Assembly: GCA_902547295.1 (NCBI GenBank)
Contig: CACCNJ010000006.1
Location: forward strand, 2,678 to 66,677
Length of the DNA: 64,000 nt
Reading direction: 5' to 3'
DNA from: an uncultured SAR86 cluster bacterium
Lineage (GTDB): Bacteria; Pseudomonadota; Gammaproteobacteria; Magnimaribacterales; D2472
The position numbers were made by a program, and so were the translations under genes. Position 1 is the stretch's first letter. Each line of letters opens with the position of its first letter. This document shows positions 45,570 to 54,987 of the stretch, piece after piece. The notes below the pieces were generated by a model, which saw only the letters and a list, made by a program, of their open reading frames with translations, was not told the DNA's origin and did no database searches.

Positions 45570-46516
45570 TACTTAATTTTCCCAGCTTTCTCAAATGATG
45601 GTAGGCAAAACCAACACTCCCAAGTCATCCATAGGTAATCTGCCCTGCCAAAGAAATTTTCTCTTGGAACAAATCCAACATCTTTAGTGCTGTCATTAGA
45701 ATTATCTCGATTATCGCCCATTACAAAATAATGGCCTTCAGGTACAGTCCATTCTTGCGGGAACTGATTATTTTGTCCTCTTGTATTCCTAATAACATAG
45801 CTTGCATTTCCAATATTTTCTGAATACAAGTCCCCGATAGCTTCTGATTCTCTGTTTTCAATAGTACCATTACTAAGTCTATATCTTTTTTTTAAGATAA
45901 TTTCTTCAGATTCAATAAATTTTCTATCTAAAGCTTCTCCATTTATATAAATTTGCTTATTAATAATTCTTACTACATCTCCAGGCATTCCAATTAGTCT
46001 TTTAATATATGGAACAGGATTGTGTTTTGGAATAATTACAACGGCATCTCCATACTGTGGATCTTTAACAAAAAATTTTGGCATGCCTATTCTTTTCACC
46101 TTAAGACCATATGCAAATTTATTTACTAATAAAAAATCTCCCTTCTTTAACTGAGGCTCCATTGATCCGGATGGAATTTGATATGGCTCATATAAGAAAG
46201 TTCTCAGAATAAAAATCAAAAATATTGGTATGAAGTAGCCTCTTGAGGTTGAGACTATTTCTTTATTTTTTAAAAGATAACCAATTATTATTACTATCAA
46301 GGATATTAAAGATCCAAAAAGTAAAACAATACCCAAGTCACCTGAGTTATAAAAAATACTCAGTAACAAAGCTAAACCAGATATAAGAGAGATAGACGAA
46401 ATATACCTTACAACAAAAGGCTCTACTTCATTTTTTTCAATAGTGAATTTTATCCAACTAAAAAGGCAAACGGCCATGCCTATAAATCCTAAAATAAATA
46501 GTGGATCAGTTAACAT
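45569..46516 (-). CDS. lepB: signal peptidase I
   Basis: PSGSMEP catalytic Ser box, YIKRLIG Lys box and GDNRDNSNDS. Confidence 0.95.
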   Translation of the reverse strand: MLTDPLFILGFIGMAVCLFSWIKFTIEKNEVEPFVVRYISSISLISGLALLLSIFYNSGDLGIVLLFGSLISLIVIIIGYLLKNKEIVSTSRGYFIPIFLIFILRTFLYEPYQIPSGSMEPQLKKGDFLLVNKFAYGLKVKRIGMPKFFVKDPQYGDAVVIIPKHNPVPYIKRLIGMPGDVVRIINKQIYINGEALDRKFIESEEIILKKRYRLSNGTIENRESEAIGDLYSENIGNASYVIRNTRGQNNQFPQEWTVPEGHYFVMGDNRDNSNDSTKDVGFVPRENFFGRADYLWMTWECWFCLPSFEKAGKIK

Positions 46517-48304
46517 TTATTGCTCCGAGTTAAAATAATTTAAAAAAGCGTCTTGAGGTATTGATACTTTTCCAAGTTGTTTCATTTTCTTTTTACCTTG
46601 TTTTTGTTTTTCTAACAATTTCATTTTTCTAGTAACATCACCACCATAAAGCTTAGCAGTTACATTTTTTCTATAAGCTTTCACCGTCTCTCTAGATATA
46701 ATTTTAGCACCAAGCGCTACCTGTATAGGAACATCAAACATTTGTCTTGGAATTAATTTTTGAAGATTCTTTGCTATTTCTCTGGCTTTTGATGTAGAAA
46801 ATGATTTATGTACAATCATTGATAACGCATCGATCTTATTATTATTTATTAGAACATCGATCTTGGTTAAATCTGACTTTTGAAAGCCTAATAAAGAGTA
46901 TTCTATTGAAGCAAAACCTTTAGTCGAAGATTTAATTTGATCAAAAAAGTCAATAATTACTGAAGACAATGGCATTTCAAACATAATTGAAACCTGATTA
47001 CCAAAATATTTCATATCTTTTTGAGTGCCTCTCTTTGAGGTACATAATGTAATAATATTTCCGACATATTCATTTGGAGAAATGATTGTAATATTAACTA
47101 TAGGCTCCCTGATTTCATCTATTTCGTTAGGAGTTGGCAGTTGGGAGGGGTTATCACACTTTAAAATCTCTCCATCAGTTTTTAATACCTCATACTCCAC
47201 TGAAGGTGCTGTTGATATTAAATCAAGATCATATTCTCTCTCAAGTCTCTCTCGAACAACCTCCATATGGAGTGTGCCAAGAAAACCGCATCTAAAACCA
47301 AAACCCAATGCATCTGAAACTTCGGGCTCATATATTAAAGAACTATCATTTAATACTAATTTTGATAAAGCATCTCTAAATTTTTCATAATCATCTGAGT
47401 TAAGTGTGAATAAAGATGCAAAAACTTTTGGATTTACTTTCTTAAAGCCCGGTAAAGCATCAGTAGACTCATCATTGAAATCAATTAAGGTATCACCAAC
47501 CGGAGCTCCCTTAATATCTTTTATTCCCGCAACTAGATATCCTACTTCACCTGCAGAAAGTTCTTTTTTTGATGCCTTTTTTGGAGAAAAAATTCCAATA
47601 TCATCAACGATGTGTGATTGACCATTTGAGTGAATTTGGAACTTTTGACCTTTTTTAATAGTTCCATTCTTAACTCTTATCAATGAAACCACTCCCAAAT
47701 ATGAGTCAAACCAAGAATCGACTATCAACGCTTGTAATTTTGCATTAGGATCGCCTTCAGGACCTGGAATCTCATCTACCAATTTTTCTAATAAATCATC
47801 TATTCCGACACCAGTTTTTGCGCTAACCAAAGGGGCCTCAGAAGCATTGATACCAACCATTTCTTCAATCTCTAATTTCACTCTTTCTGGCTCAGCTTGA
47901 GGTAAATCAATTTTATTAATAACTGGAACAACTTCTAGTCCTTCTTCAACAGCCGTGTAGCAATTAGCTAGAGTCTGAGCCTCAACGCCTTGTGATCCAT
48001 CAACAACCAAAAGAGCACCTTCACATGCAGATAGTGATCTTGAAACTTCATAAGAAAAATCAACATGTCCTGGGGTATCAATAAAATTCAAAAGATATTC
48101 CTCACCATCTTTTTTATATGTCAGAGACACTGCCTGAGCTTTGATAGTTATTCCGCGCTCTCTTTCAATGTCCATAGAATCAAGGATTTGGTCGGCCATT
48201 TCTCTTGATGAAAGTCCTCCACAAACCTCAATTAATCTATCAGACAGTGTCGATTTACCATGATCGATGTGTGCTATGACTGAAAAATTTCTAATGTTCT
48301 TCAT
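46517..48304 (-). CDS. lepA: elongation factor 4 (LepA)
   Basis: [19 protein letters not shown] and NKIDL motifs plus a LepA C-terminal domain. Confidence 0.97.
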   Translation of the reverse strand: MKNIRNFSVIAHIDHGKSTLSDRLIEVCGGLSSREMADQILDSMDIERERGITIKAQAVSLTYKKDGEEYLLNFIDTPGHVDFSYEVSRSLSACEGALLVVDGSQGVEAQTLANCYTAVEEGLEVVPVINKIDLPQAEPERVKLEIEEMVGINASEAPLVSAKTGVGIDDLLEKLVDEIPGPEGDPNAKLQALIVDSWFDSYLGVVSLIRVKNGTIKKGQKFQIHSNGQSHIVDDIGIFSPKKASKKELSAGEVGYLVAGIKDIKGAPVGDTLIDFNDESTDALPGFKKVNPKVFASLFTLNSDDYEKFRDALSKLVLNDSSLIYEPEVSDALGFGFRCGFLGTLHMEVVRERLEREYDLDLISTAPSVEYEVLKTDGEILKCDNPSQLPTPNEIDEIREPIVNITIISPNEYVGNIITLCTSKRGTQKDMKYFGNQVSIMFEMPLSSVIIDFFDQIKSSTKGFASIEYSLLGFQKSDLTKIDVLINNNKIDALSMIVHKSFSTSKAREIAKNLQKLIPRQMFDVPIQVALGAKIISRETVKAYRKNVTAKLYGGDVTRKMKLLEKQKQGKKKMKQLGKVSIPQDAFLNYFNSEQ

Positions 48305-48358
48305 AATTTGCAGCTATTTTACAAGCAAACTGCAAAAATAAGTAAAGAATAGTATTTA

Positions 48359-49753
48359 TTAATTAAGTGTTACTGAGCGAATTAGCCTAGTGCCATTTCT
48401 TATTAAATGAATGGCTATCTTGTTATTAGTAGAAAAATTACTCAGGGCTTGATTAAATGAATCTACATCATAAACCATATATTTTTGCCCTTTGTATTGG
48501 ATCATTGTGATTACGTCGCCACGATTAACTTTACCTGATGCTGCTGAGTTGGGATTTACTCTCGAAACTATTACACCTTCTGGCATATTTGTCATTGAGG
48601 GGTTGTCTCTATCAATATCAGCAACTTTTAATCCAAGAGGGTCTGATGATTGTTGTGTTTTAGCTGGAATAAATTGCTCACTAGTCATTGGGAGTTCACC
48701 TAGTACAAAATCTAAAGTTATTTCTTTTCCATCTCTAATAACTTTTGCTTTTGCTCTTGAATCAGGCTTGATCTGACCAACAACATGCGGAAGATCAGAA
48801 CTGAACTTAATTTCTTTACTATCAAATTCAATTATTACATCTCCAGGAACCAATCCTGCATTGTCGGCTGATTCACCCTCTTCTACATCATTAATAAGAG
48901 CTCCATAAGGCTTATTCATACCTAAAGCATCTGCTAAATCACTATCAACTTCGCTCATTCTTACTCCTAAATAGCCCCTTGATACTTCGCCATTGTTAAT
49001 GATCTGGTCTGCTACATCCATGGCAACATTTATAGGAATTGCAAACGCTAAACCTTGATATCCTCCACTCCTTGAGTATATTTGAGAGTTGATGCCCACA
49101 ACATCCCCATCGAGGTTAAAAAGCGGTCCACCAGAATTTCCTGGATTTATAGCAACATCGGTTTGTAGAAATGGAACATAATTACCAATATTATTATTTT
49201 GAATACTTCTCCCCTTAGCGCTTACGATTCCAGCCGTAACTGAAAAATCAAAGCTAAATGGTGATCCAATAGCTATTACCCAATCGCCAACATTTAATTT
49301 ATCGCTATTGCCTAGATTCACAGCAGGTAAATCTTTTCCATCTACCTCTAGTACAGCAAGGTCTGACAATGGATCAACGCCAACAACCTCTGCTTTGTAT
49401 TCACGCCTGTCTGATAGGGAAACAACAACTTCGGTTGCATCTTCAACAACATGAAAATTGGTAAGAATATAGTTACTTTTAAGAATAAATCCTGAGCCAA
49501 ATGAAACTGATTCTCTTTTTTGTTGAGGCATTTCACGAAAATCTCTAGGAATTCCGAATCTTTCAAGCATTTCATCAGGTATGCCACCGTAACCAAAAGA
49601 AGATCTTTGCGAAATCTCTTTCTTTGCTGTGATGTTAACAACTGCAGGAGCAGATTGATCAACTAATTCTGAAATATTGTCTGGAAGTTGAGCATAAAGA
49701 CTTGAAGAAGATGCAAGAATAATGATTAAAAAGCTTTTTATTAATGTTTTCAT
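48359..49753 (-). CDS. degP: periplasmic serine endoprotease DegP/DegQ/MucD family
   Basis: Signal peptide, TNFHVV His box, GNSGGPLFN Ser box and two PDZ-like regions. Confidence 0.9.
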   Translation of the reverse strand: MKTLIKSFLIIILASSSSLYAQLPDNISELVDQSAPAVVNITAKKEISQRSSFGYGGIPDEMLERFGIPRDFREMPQQKRESVSFGSGFILKSNYILTNFHVVEDATEVVVSLSDRREYKAEVVGVDPLSDLAVLEVDGKDLPAVNLGNSDKLNVGDWVIAIGSPFSFDFSVTAGIVSAKGRSIQNNNIGNYVPFLQTDVAINPGNSGGPLFNLDGDVVGINSQIYSRSGGYQGLAFAIPINVAMDVADQIINNGEVSRGYLGVRMSEVDSDLADALGMNKPYGALINDVEEGESADNAGLVPGDVIIEFDSKEIKFSSDLPHVVGQIKPDSRAKAKVIRDGKEITLDFVLGELPMTSEQFIPAKTQQSSDPLGLKVADIDRDNPSMTNMPEGVIVSRVNPNSAASGKVNRGDVITMIQYKGQKYMVYDVDSFNQALSNFSTNNKIAIHLIRNGTRLIRSVTLN

Positions 49754-49766
49754 AAGTTTACAGGTG

Positions 49767-50453
49767 TTATCTATCTAATGATTTAGCAATTTCTATAGCT
49801 GATGTTATAGATATATTGCCATATAGTGTTACTACTTTTCCATTTTCAAGTGGAACGAGATAAATCATTTTATTTCCATGTTTCCAATATCTCACTTTTT
49901 TAAGACCAAAATCTTTATTTTCAATACGTAACTGAAATTTTTCTTTTCCTTTTATATATGAGATGCCATCACTCGTGTTGATATTAAATCCAACATTTCT
50001 TAAATCAATTTGACTTGATGAGTTCATATAATTTGGATCATTTAACACCTTCATAACATGATCAGTTATATATTCCTCAGATCTTTGAGCAATTAATTGT
50101 GCTTCTTTACTATTTATCGCAGAAGATATTTGATTCGTTGAATCGATATTTTCATTCAATCTGGAGAAATCTGAAAAATTCATAAACGTAAGAGTTAGTA
50201 GGACTGTTGCTGCAGCTGTAAGCCCATTAGAAAGCCAAACGTTAGAGAAAATGTTCTTAAATGAGTGTTTGTAAACAGTTTTTGGTTTTAATTTAGTAGA
50301 TCCTTGATTAACGGCGACATTTATAAGACTGTATAAAGATAATTGCTTTTGCAAGTCTTTGTTGCTGTTAACAATTTCAATCAAATCATCAATTTCTGAG
50401 CTATCTAGCTCTCCGTCGTACATTGCAGAAATTTTTTCTTTAATGTTATTCAT
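49767..50453 (-). CDS. rseA: anti-sigma-E factor (RseA/MucA-like)
   Basis: N-terminal ISAMYDGELD motif, a single central TM helix, and position directly after rpoE with an 8-nt overlap. Confidence 0.75.
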   Translation of the reverse strand: MNNIKEKISAMYDGELDSSEIDDLIEIVNSNKDLQKQLSLYSLINVAVNQGSTKLKPKTVYKHSFKNIFSNVWLSNGLTAAATVLLTLTFMNFSDFSRLNENIDSTNQISSAINSKEAQLIAQRSEEYITDHVMKVLNDPNYMNSSSQIDLRNVGFNINTSDGISYIKGKEKFQLRIENKDFGLKKVRYWKHGNKMIYLVPLENGKVVTLYGNISITSAIEIAKSLDR

Positions 50454-51021
50454 TATTAGTTATTTCCTTTTCGATAAATTCAACTATTAATTCTCTAGAT
50501 CTAAAAATTCTAGAGCGAACTGTTCCTATTGGTGTTTCAGTAATTGCAGCAATATCTTCATAGCTCTTTCCCTCTGATTCTCTTAATACAAATGCAGTCT
50601 TCAGTGATTCAGGCATGGAATCTATAAAATTACTTATCTCTTTTAGTGATTCATTATGAATTACAGCCGATTCAATATCATTAAAAGAACTAATATCTAT
50701 TTCTGCATCTTCAATTGAAGTATTTATTTTTTGTTTTTTAAATCCTGAGCTAGTAACAAAGTTTTTGGCTAGATTAATGGCGATTCTGTAAACCCATGTG
50801 AAAAAAGCACTATCTCCTCTAAATGTATCGAGTTGTTGCCAAACTTTGATGAAAGTTTGTTGTGACAAATCCTCTGAGTCCTCTTTTGATTTAATAAAAG
50901 AAAAAATAGAAGCATAAACTCTTGGATAATACTTGTTCATCAGAATATTAAATGCTCCATGATTGCCTTTTTTTGCCTTTTTTATTAATTCGGAATCAAT
51001 ATCACGTGAATTTTCTTTCAT
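50446..51021 (-). CDS. rpoE: ECF sigma factor sigma-E (RpoE/AlgU)
   Basis: Region 2 (DLSQQTFIKVWQ..F.G.S.F.TWVYRIAIN) and region 4 (SYEDIAAITETPIGTVRSRIFRSRE). Confidence 0.9.
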   Translation of the reverse strand: MKENSRDIDSELIKKAKKGNHGAFNILMNKYYPRVYASIFSFIKSKEDSEDLSQQTFIKVWQQLDTFRGDSAFFTWVYRIAINLAKNFVTSSGFKKQKINTSIEDAEIDISSFNDIESAVIHNESLKEISNFIDSMPESLKTAFVLRESEGKSYEDIAAITETPIGTVRSRIFRSRELIVEFIEKEITNNE

Positions 51022-51041
51022 ATAAATATGTTTCCTATTTT

Positions 51042-51070
51042 TCTGACAAGTAAATTCCCTAAAAGTTTCC
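51042..51070 (-). promoter_or_regulatory. candidate sigma-E-type autoregulated promoter of rpoE
   Basis: Minus strand has GGAAACTT (51063-51070), a 16-nt spacer, then TCAGA (51042-51046). Compare GGAACTT-N16-TCAAA/TCTGA. It overlaps the 3' end of sdhE. Confidence 0.35.
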
Positions 51071-51316
51071 TTGTTCCGTAAAATTTTTTAAATTTTTAAT
51101 AATAAAACTTTCGTGATCTTTATTACCTATAGGCTGATTCTTAAAAATAAAGTCATATAGCTTTTGATCATCATAATCTAGTATCTCATCAAATAGAGAT
51201 AAATCGTTATTACTGAGATTTTTTATAGAATTTTTTGAAAACTCTCTTAAAAGTAAGTCGATTTCTCTCATTCCTCTTCTACATTTCCACTTAATTCTGT
51301 TTATTTCGTTGCTCAT
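51059..51316 (-). CDS. sdhE: FAD assembly factor SdhE (YgfY)
   Basis: IKWKCRRGMREIDLLL contains the RGxxE motif. 85 aa. Divergent from ygfZ, as in E. coli. Confidence 0.85.
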   Translation of the reverse strand: MSNEINRIKWKCRRGMREIDLLLREFSKNSIKNLSNNDLSLFDEILDYDDQKLYDFIFKNQPIGNKDHESFIIKNLKNFTEQGNF

Positions 51317-51349
51317 TGGTTAAAATAAAGTTTTGTTTCATAATTTTAC

Positions 51350-52141
51350 TTGAAAATAGACACTGATAATAACCTTATAATCCCAGGATCACTTGAAATA
51401 AGTGACTTGAAAGCTATAAAAGTTGTAGGTGAACTCAATAAAGTTGAAGATTTCCTTCAAGGGCAGCTTACATCTGACATAAGTCTACTAAATAATGGCG
51501 CGTCTCAATTGTCTTGCATATGTGATCACAAGGGTCAGGTTATGGCTGATTTTATTGTGTTAAAGCAAGATAATGAGTTTTTTATAATAATTCAAAAAGA
51601 TTTTATTAGTATTTTTACAGGTGAGTTAGAGATCTTTGCAAAGTTTGGATCTGTGAGCTTTGATGTATGTGATCATAAGATTATTGGTGAGATTTATAAT
51701 AAAGGCGATTCAGATAATTTTTACTACTCAAATGATGAGTTTGAATTGAACTTACACCTTAAAAAATCAAATTATAAGAACAAAAATTCTATTAATTTAG
51801 ATATGTGGAATGCTGCCAACAAAATATTGGGTATTTTGCATCTTGATAAATCTGATTCTGGTAAGTTTAGACCGCTTGAAATAAATTTTGATAAGCAAAG
51901 GGTCTCTTTTGAAAAAGGATGCTTCAGAGGGCAAGAGATTGTCGCTAGGATGAAATATTTAGGCATTGATAGGAGAAAGTTTTGTACTTTTATAGTTAAA
52001 AATGATTTTGTTGAAAATAATCTTATTAAATCTATTGGAGAAATTATTAATTTAGATGATAAAAAAGTCTTTAATGGAATTGTAAAAAAAGATGATATTG
52101 AAGAAGTGAAGAAAATTTCAGGAATTATTTCAATTTTATAA
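51350..52141 (+). CDS. ygfZ: folate-binding Fe-S cluster repair/tRNA-modification protein YgfZ
   Basis: KGCFRGQEIVARMKYLG signature. TTG start. Confidence 0.8.
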   Translation: MKIDTDNNLIIPGSLEISDLKAIKVVGELNKVEDFLQGQLTSDISLLNNGASQLSCICDHKGQVMADFIVLKQDNEFFIIIQKDFISIFTGELEIFAKFGSVSFDVCDHKIIGEIYNKGDSDNFYYSNDEFELNLHLKKSNYKNKNSINLDMWNAANKILGILHLDKSDSGKFRPLEINFDKQRVSFEKGCFRGQEIVARMKYLGIDRRKFCTFIVKNDFVENNLIKSIGEIINLDDKKVFNGIVKKDDIEEVKKISGIISIL

Positions 52142-52143
52142 AA

Positions 52144-52821
52144 TCACCAAATAATTTTATCTAAATTATGTTTTTCTAAATATTTATTACATTGTGAAAA
52201 ATGTTTTGAACCAAAAAAACCCCTGTATGCAGATAATGGTGATGGATGTGCAGACATTAAAATTAAATTATGTTTGCAATCAATAAATTTTAAATATTTT
52301 TTTGCATGATTGCCCCATAGAATAAAAACTATATTTCTTTTGTTTTGTAAAACTTTTAAAGTTTCTTTAATAAAAATTTCCCAACCAATATTGGAATGTG
52401 ATCCAGGTTTTGATTCCTCAACAGTCAAAGATGAGTTTAGTAAAAGTACGCCTTGTCTTGCCCAGCTTTTTAAACAACCATCACGATTTTTAGATTTACC
52501 AACATCATTTTCAATTTCTTTATAAATATTTTTCAAAGAAGAAGGTATTGGTTTATTTGGTCTTACTGAAAAAGCTAAGCCATTTGCAACACCTTTTTGA
52601 AAGTAAGGATCTTGCCCAAATATCACCACTTTTGTTTTTGAAAAAGAACAGTATTTGAATGCGTTAAAGATTTCATTGTAAGGCGGACAAATAGTTTTAT
52701 TTTTTTCAATTTCTTTAGTTATAAATTTAACTGGGGCATCAATAAGTGAAGAAAATGTAGCCTTTTTAAATAAATTTTTCCAATGTTTTGGTATATGTGA
52801 ATCAATTTTTTTTTTGTTCAT
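52144..52821 (-). CDS. ung: uracil-DNA glycosylase
   Basis: VVIFGQDPY, GVLLLNS and HPSPLSAYRGFFG motifs. Confidence 0.95.
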   Translation of the reverse strand: MNKKKIDSHIPKHWKNLFKKATFSSLIDAPVKFITKEIEKNKTICPPYNEIFNAFKYCSFSKTKVVIFGQDPYFQKGVANGLAFSVRPNKPIPSSLKNIYKEIENDVGKSKNRDGCLKSWARQGVLLLNSSLTVEESKPGSHSNIGWEIFIKETLKVLQNKRNIVFILWGNHAKKYLKFIDCKHNLILMSAHPSPLSAYRGFFGSKHFSQCNKYLEKHNLDKIIW

Positions 52822-52835
52822 TTTTGTTATAAATT

Positions 52836-52870
52836 TTATCCACAGAAACTGTGGATAAAGTTATGGATAA
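52836..52870. promoter_or_regulatory. cluster of three DnaA boxes (two form a perfect inverted repeat)
   Basis: TTATCCACA (52836-52844), gaaac, TGTGGATAA (52850-52858), ag, TTATGGATAA (52861-52870). Confidence 0.6.
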
Positions 52871-53117
52871 CTTTATTTATACCATATTAAGTGGCTTAAA
52901 ATAAGGGTTTTTTCTAAGTTGTATAAATTTTGTACAAAAAACATAAAAATAACCTTATATCAATAGTTTACGTATTTTTTATAAATTATATGTATAAAAT
53001 TTATAACAAAATAAAGAGCCCGTAATAACACTCTTTTATTCTGTTGACAAGTATATTTTTAATAAAGACATAAAAATTAAATATTAAGACAAATGTTTTT
53101 ATTAAATTTGGACTTTT

Positions 53118-54290
53118 TTAGCAAATTCTTACACTAAAAACTCTTTTCATTTTTTTTATATTATCTATTAGTTTCTTTGATGGTTCTAGCTGAAGATCAA
53201 TCAAAGTTATAGCAATTTCATTTCTACTTTTGTTAATCATGTCAGCAATATTAAGATTTTCTGATGCAATTTCTCCAGTTATACGACCTATTACTCCAGG
53301 CTCATCTTTATGAACTATAACTAGCCTATTTTCTGTTGTCCTTCCAAGTTTAACTCTCGGAAAATTAACAGAATTTATTATTTCTCCATCTTTTAAAAAT
53401 CTATTTGCTTGTTCTGCTGCCATGATTGCACAATTAACTTCTGCCTCTTGAGTGCTTGCACCAAGATGAGGCATTAAAATAACATCTTCATGTTCATTTG
53501 ATCTTTTTATCATTTCTGGTGTTGGGAAATCAGTCACAAAACAACTGATATTTTTATTTGATAGAGCTTCTAAAACATCTTCGTTATTTACGATAGCTCC
53601 CCTTGATAGGTTAATTAATTTAGCTCCTTTTTTTATATGCTGAAGATTATCTTTTCCAATTAAGTTTTTTGTTTCATCCACCAAAGGAACATGAATTGAG
53701 ATGTAATCAGAATTAGATAATAGATATTTTAAATCGTCTGCTTTCTCAACTTCTTTTGGTAATTGCCAAGCAGAATCGATAGAAATATTTGGATCATATC
53801 CAATAATTTTCATTCCCATGCTCTCAACTGATTGGGCCAAAAGAGATCCAATTGATCCTAATCCAATTATTCCAATTGTTTTGCCTTTTAACTCACTCCC
53901 TTTAAACGTTTTTTTATTTGATTCAACTAGATTAGTTACATTATTACTATTTGTTTCTTCAATATTTTGTGTGAATTTGTGGCCTTGAATAATGCCTCTC
54001 GAGGATAACAGCAACCCACATATAACAAGTTCTTTGACTGCATTAGCATTTCCTCCTGGAGTATTAAATACTACAACACCCTTTTTGGTAGCCATGCTTA
54101 AAGGAATGTGATTAACGCCTGCACCTGCTCGACAAATACATTTTAGTGATGGATTAAAGTCTTTCTCAATAAGATCATGACTTCTTATAAGAAGTGCATC
54201 TGGATCACTCTCATTCTCTATAAACCCATTGTCTTTTAGAAAATTTATTCCTTGCAGAGCAATATTATTAAAGATTTTATATGTATACAT
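53118..54290 (-). CDS. serA: D-3-phosphoglycerate dehydrogenase (with C-terminal ACT domain)
   Basis: GIIGLGSIGS NAD motif and D-2-hydroxyacid dehydrogenase catalytic region (LSRG...HLGAST). The ~75-aa C-terminal region is ACT-like. Confidence 0.85.
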   Translation of the reverse strand: MYTYKIFNNIALQGINFLKDNGFIENESDPDALLIRSHDLIEKDFNPSLKCICRAGAGVNHIPLSMATKKGVVVFNTPGGNANAVKELVICGLLLSSRGIIQGHKFTQNIEETNSNNVTNLVESNKKTFKGSELKGKTIGIIGLGSIGSLLAQSVESMGMKIIGYDPNISIDSAWQLPKEVEKADDLKYLLSNSDYISIHVPLVDETKNLIGKDNLQHIKKGAKLINLSRGAIVNNEDVLEALSNKNISCFVTDFPTPEMIKRSNEHEDVILMPHLGASTQEAEVNCAIMAAEQANRFLKDGEIINSVNFPRVKLGRTTENRLVIVHKDEPGVIGRITGEIASENLNIADMINKSRNEIAITLIDLQLEPSKKLIDNIKKMKRVFSVRIC

Positions 54291-54366
54291 TTCGATTAGA
54301 TTAATAAAAACAATAGTAGAAAAACAGAAGCATTATATACAAAATTGACATATATTAACTGTACAT

Positions 54367-54987
54367 ATGAGTATTCACATTAATAATTTAACTTTTTCTC
54401 ATGATGATTCTTCTTTATTGCAAGATTTATCTTTCTCAATTGAAAAAAATCAAATTGGTTTCGTATCAGGAAGTAGTGGAATTGGTAAAAGCACACTCTT
54501 TAATATAATTGCAGGACTTATTCTGCCTGAAAATGGCAAAATAATGCTTGATGATATTCTACTCAATGATAAAAATTTCGCACTAGAAACTGAAAAAAGG
54601 AAAGTTGGTTATGTTTTTCAAGATTTTGCACTATTCCCTCACATAAATGTTAAAAGAAATATTCAATATGCAATTTCTTCCGAGGTTAGTGAACTTTTTG
54701 ATGAATTAATATCAAAACTGGGTCTACTTGAGCTTTTAGATAAAATGCCTCATGAATTATCTGGTGGTCAACAACAAAGAGCGGCTCTGTTAAGAGCTAT
54801 TTTAATGAAACCAAAAATTCTTCTCTTGGATGAGCCATTTTCGAATCTTGATAAAGATAATATTACTGCTGCTCAAAAAATAATTAGTCAAATCATAAGC
54901 TTATTTGATATACCTTGCCTACTAATATCTCATGACATTCAATCAACTCAAAATTTTCCAATAGATAAAGAAATTATAATCAGCTAG
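54367..54987 (+). CDS. ABC transporter ATP-binding protein (orphan, 206 aa)
   Basis: Walker A GSSGIGKST, signature LSGGQQQR and Walker B ILLLDEP. No adjacent permease or binding-protein gene. Confidence 0.85.
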   Translation: MSIHINNLTFSHDDSSLLQDLSFSIEKNQIGFVSGSSGIGKSTLFNIIAGLILPENGKIMLDDILLNDKNFALETEKRKVGYVFQDFALFPHINVKRNIQYAISSEVSELFDELISKLGLLELLDKMPHELSGGQQQRAALLRAILMKPKILLLDEPFSNLDKDNITAAQKIISQIISLFDIPCLLISHDIQSTQNFPIDKEIIIS

